From positions 124,001-188,000 of the forward strand of contig NW_027191410.1 of assembly GCF_041146345.1 (NCBI RefSeq): a stretch of DNA of 64,000 nt, written 5' to 3'. The notes beneath the pieces were generated by a model. It worked only from the letters and a program-made list of their open reading frames with translations, was not told the origin of the DNA and searched no databases. Below, one piece after another: positions 62,257 to 64,000 of this stretch. Position numbers and translations under genes: made by a program. The stretch's first letter is position 1. Each line of letters starts with the position of its first letter. This stretch comes from Neodothiora populina (Eukaryota).

Positions 62257-63108
62257 ATTAGTGTTCGAGTATACATTTTCATTGTTATTCTTGCATCATG
62301 TATAATATCTTCGTTGTCGGCGAAATTCATTCCATGACTACCATACCTTTTGCTTCTTATCTTGTATATGCTGGAATGTCAGATCCGAGAGTAGGACATC
62401 GACAGGAAGGACCATACCTTGATCTGGTTCCAACCAGCCACACGAGGAAGAGAGCAGCCGAGAAAGCTCGGATCAACCCTCCCAACCTCCTCCGCAAGCC
62501 AGCCCATACTTTCTCATCCGTGTTCCAGGCGCGCAGAGTACGTCAAAGACTAGGTTTACGAAAGCCTGTAGAGCCATTCTCCAATTGGTTTTTCTCTTCT
62601 CTTTTCTCATACCACATTCCATCTGTACATCTGCAATAATGCGCGTTCCTCATCGCATTATATCGAAACTGCATACCTTATAGAGGCTTCTTGACCATCT
62701 CTTATCGATACCAACCACGCTCCCCATTTCCCCGCGCTTTTGTGCTTGCTCGCGAGTCACGTCACTGGCACTGATAAGCAACCATCACCTTGATATCTCC
62801 AGGATCTGTGACAGAAACAAAAACGTCTAGACAGTCCTCTTGTGGTGTATGAAGCAAAAGACGTTGGTGAACCGAAAAGACGTTAAGATCACCGGTTTGC
62901 GAAAAACGCCTATCTTCAACGGCTTTAGTTAGTCGGTCCATCGAGTCGCGTTGAAGCGAGCTTCTACTAGGGTTGTGGGTCTTGGAAAAGTCGACGAGAA
63001 GAAAGAAGAGTGTTGTGTGGACACAATTGGACTTCTGCTATCTCCGATTACATTAATCTGAAGGGGGTTGGGAATCACTGAAAGAACAAGGACCTCGAGG
63101 ATACAAGA

Positions 63109-63825
63109 ATGGCACCTCGATCAACGTACTCGCGCGAGCGCATCACAGTCGTCAGACGATACCCATGGCCTTCGGTTCAGCTGAACTGGTGGATTATCGT
63201 CATGCTTGCAGCGGGCGGATTAATTCTAGGTGTCTTCGCAGATTTTGTGTCTATTCAAAACCAATTCGGACTGGGTATCCCATGGTGAGTCCTGTTTTTC
63301 CATAAAAAAAGTGAGGACCGAAGAGTACTGACTTGTGTAAATAGGCTATTCCCATATGGCATCACAGTCGGCGCACTGACTGTTTTGTTTCTGATCGTCA
63401 TGCTTATCATGCTGGCTCAGAAGAACCTAGATCCTGACTATGTGATTCTGGGATGCTTTATCCTGATCGTACTGTACATTACAGGACTCATCGAGACGGC
63501 GATACAACTTTTCGGAAACGTAAGATTCCTTTTCTCTTTCACTTCTCGTCACTTGGGCATCATCGCTGACAGCAACTTCAAGGGCAATGTCTCCTCAACA
63601 TGCAACAACTACGTCTCGTCCCAGAAGATCACAGGCGTGTCTTTGGACACTCTGGCCTGGCTGGAGCAAAACGCAATCTGCAACGAATGGGACGCGGTCT
63701 TTGCGTTTTGGATCATCGGGATGGTATTTCTGATCTGGATGATTATTATGGCTTCGCAGGTCAAGACGGCGAACTCGCGGAGTAGGGGGAGCAGGAGGGA
63801 GAGGGTTGTGGAAGATTGGGACTAG
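63109..63825 (+). CDS. Conserved fungal 4-TM membrane protein (MARVEL-like)
   Basis: Spliced ORF MAPRSTYSRERITVVRRYPWPSVQLNWWIIVM..GIPW|LFPYGITVG.. with four hydrophobic segments and an extracellular Cys pair. Introns at about 63285-63343 and 63520-63582. Confidence 0.7.
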
Positions 63826-64000
63826 GCCTTTTCTTCTTCTTTCTCTTTCATGCTTGAAATGATTGGTTTTCACTTCTATACCCATTTGTTTTCTTTACCT
63901 TTTTATTGGAGGCTGATCCCACACTCGTGTGGTGTTTCTGGGAGGCCATAGAGATTAATGACTGTGCTCTTTTTTTTTTTACATCTCCTCTTCCCCGTCG

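Overview
Gene-dense eukaryotic DNA from a filamentous ascomycete, probably a Dothideomycete-like fungus (inferred from short GT-AG introns with CTRAC branch points, the Pezizomycotina gene set and a dispersed 5S rRNA gene). About 28 protein-coding genes are supportable. Most are housekeeping: CAT2, NDUFAF7, ARL2, LIP5, an AVO2-like ankyrin protein, PDX1, PRO2, a GH20 hexosaminidase, PUF6, purU, an ammonium permease, PEX2, importin-11, malic enzyme, a PHO4/NUC-1-like bHLH factor, PEX7, TCD, SOF1, SLX4, DLD2, CobW, PGS1 and a 4-TM protein. Two accessory-looking patches interrupt them. The first (26.8-31.5 kb) holds a BTB protein, a BAHD/Tri101-type acyltransferase and an NAD-dependent epimerase. 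The second (52.6-55.9 kb) holds two tandem orphan genes with AbiEii/Pol-beta-type nucleotidyltransferase motifs, then a 22-bp tandem array and a 5S rRNA gene. The most unusual signals are: (1) related intergenic 22-bp (2 x 11 bp) phased tandem arrays at three sites (30.2, 48.8 and 55.4 kb); (2) the nucleotidyltransferase-like pair beside 5S rDNA; (3) a cryptic mitochondrial-presequence exon joined to peroxisomal CAT2 by a putative GC-AG intron. All calls come from reading the sequence by eye; no database searches were run.
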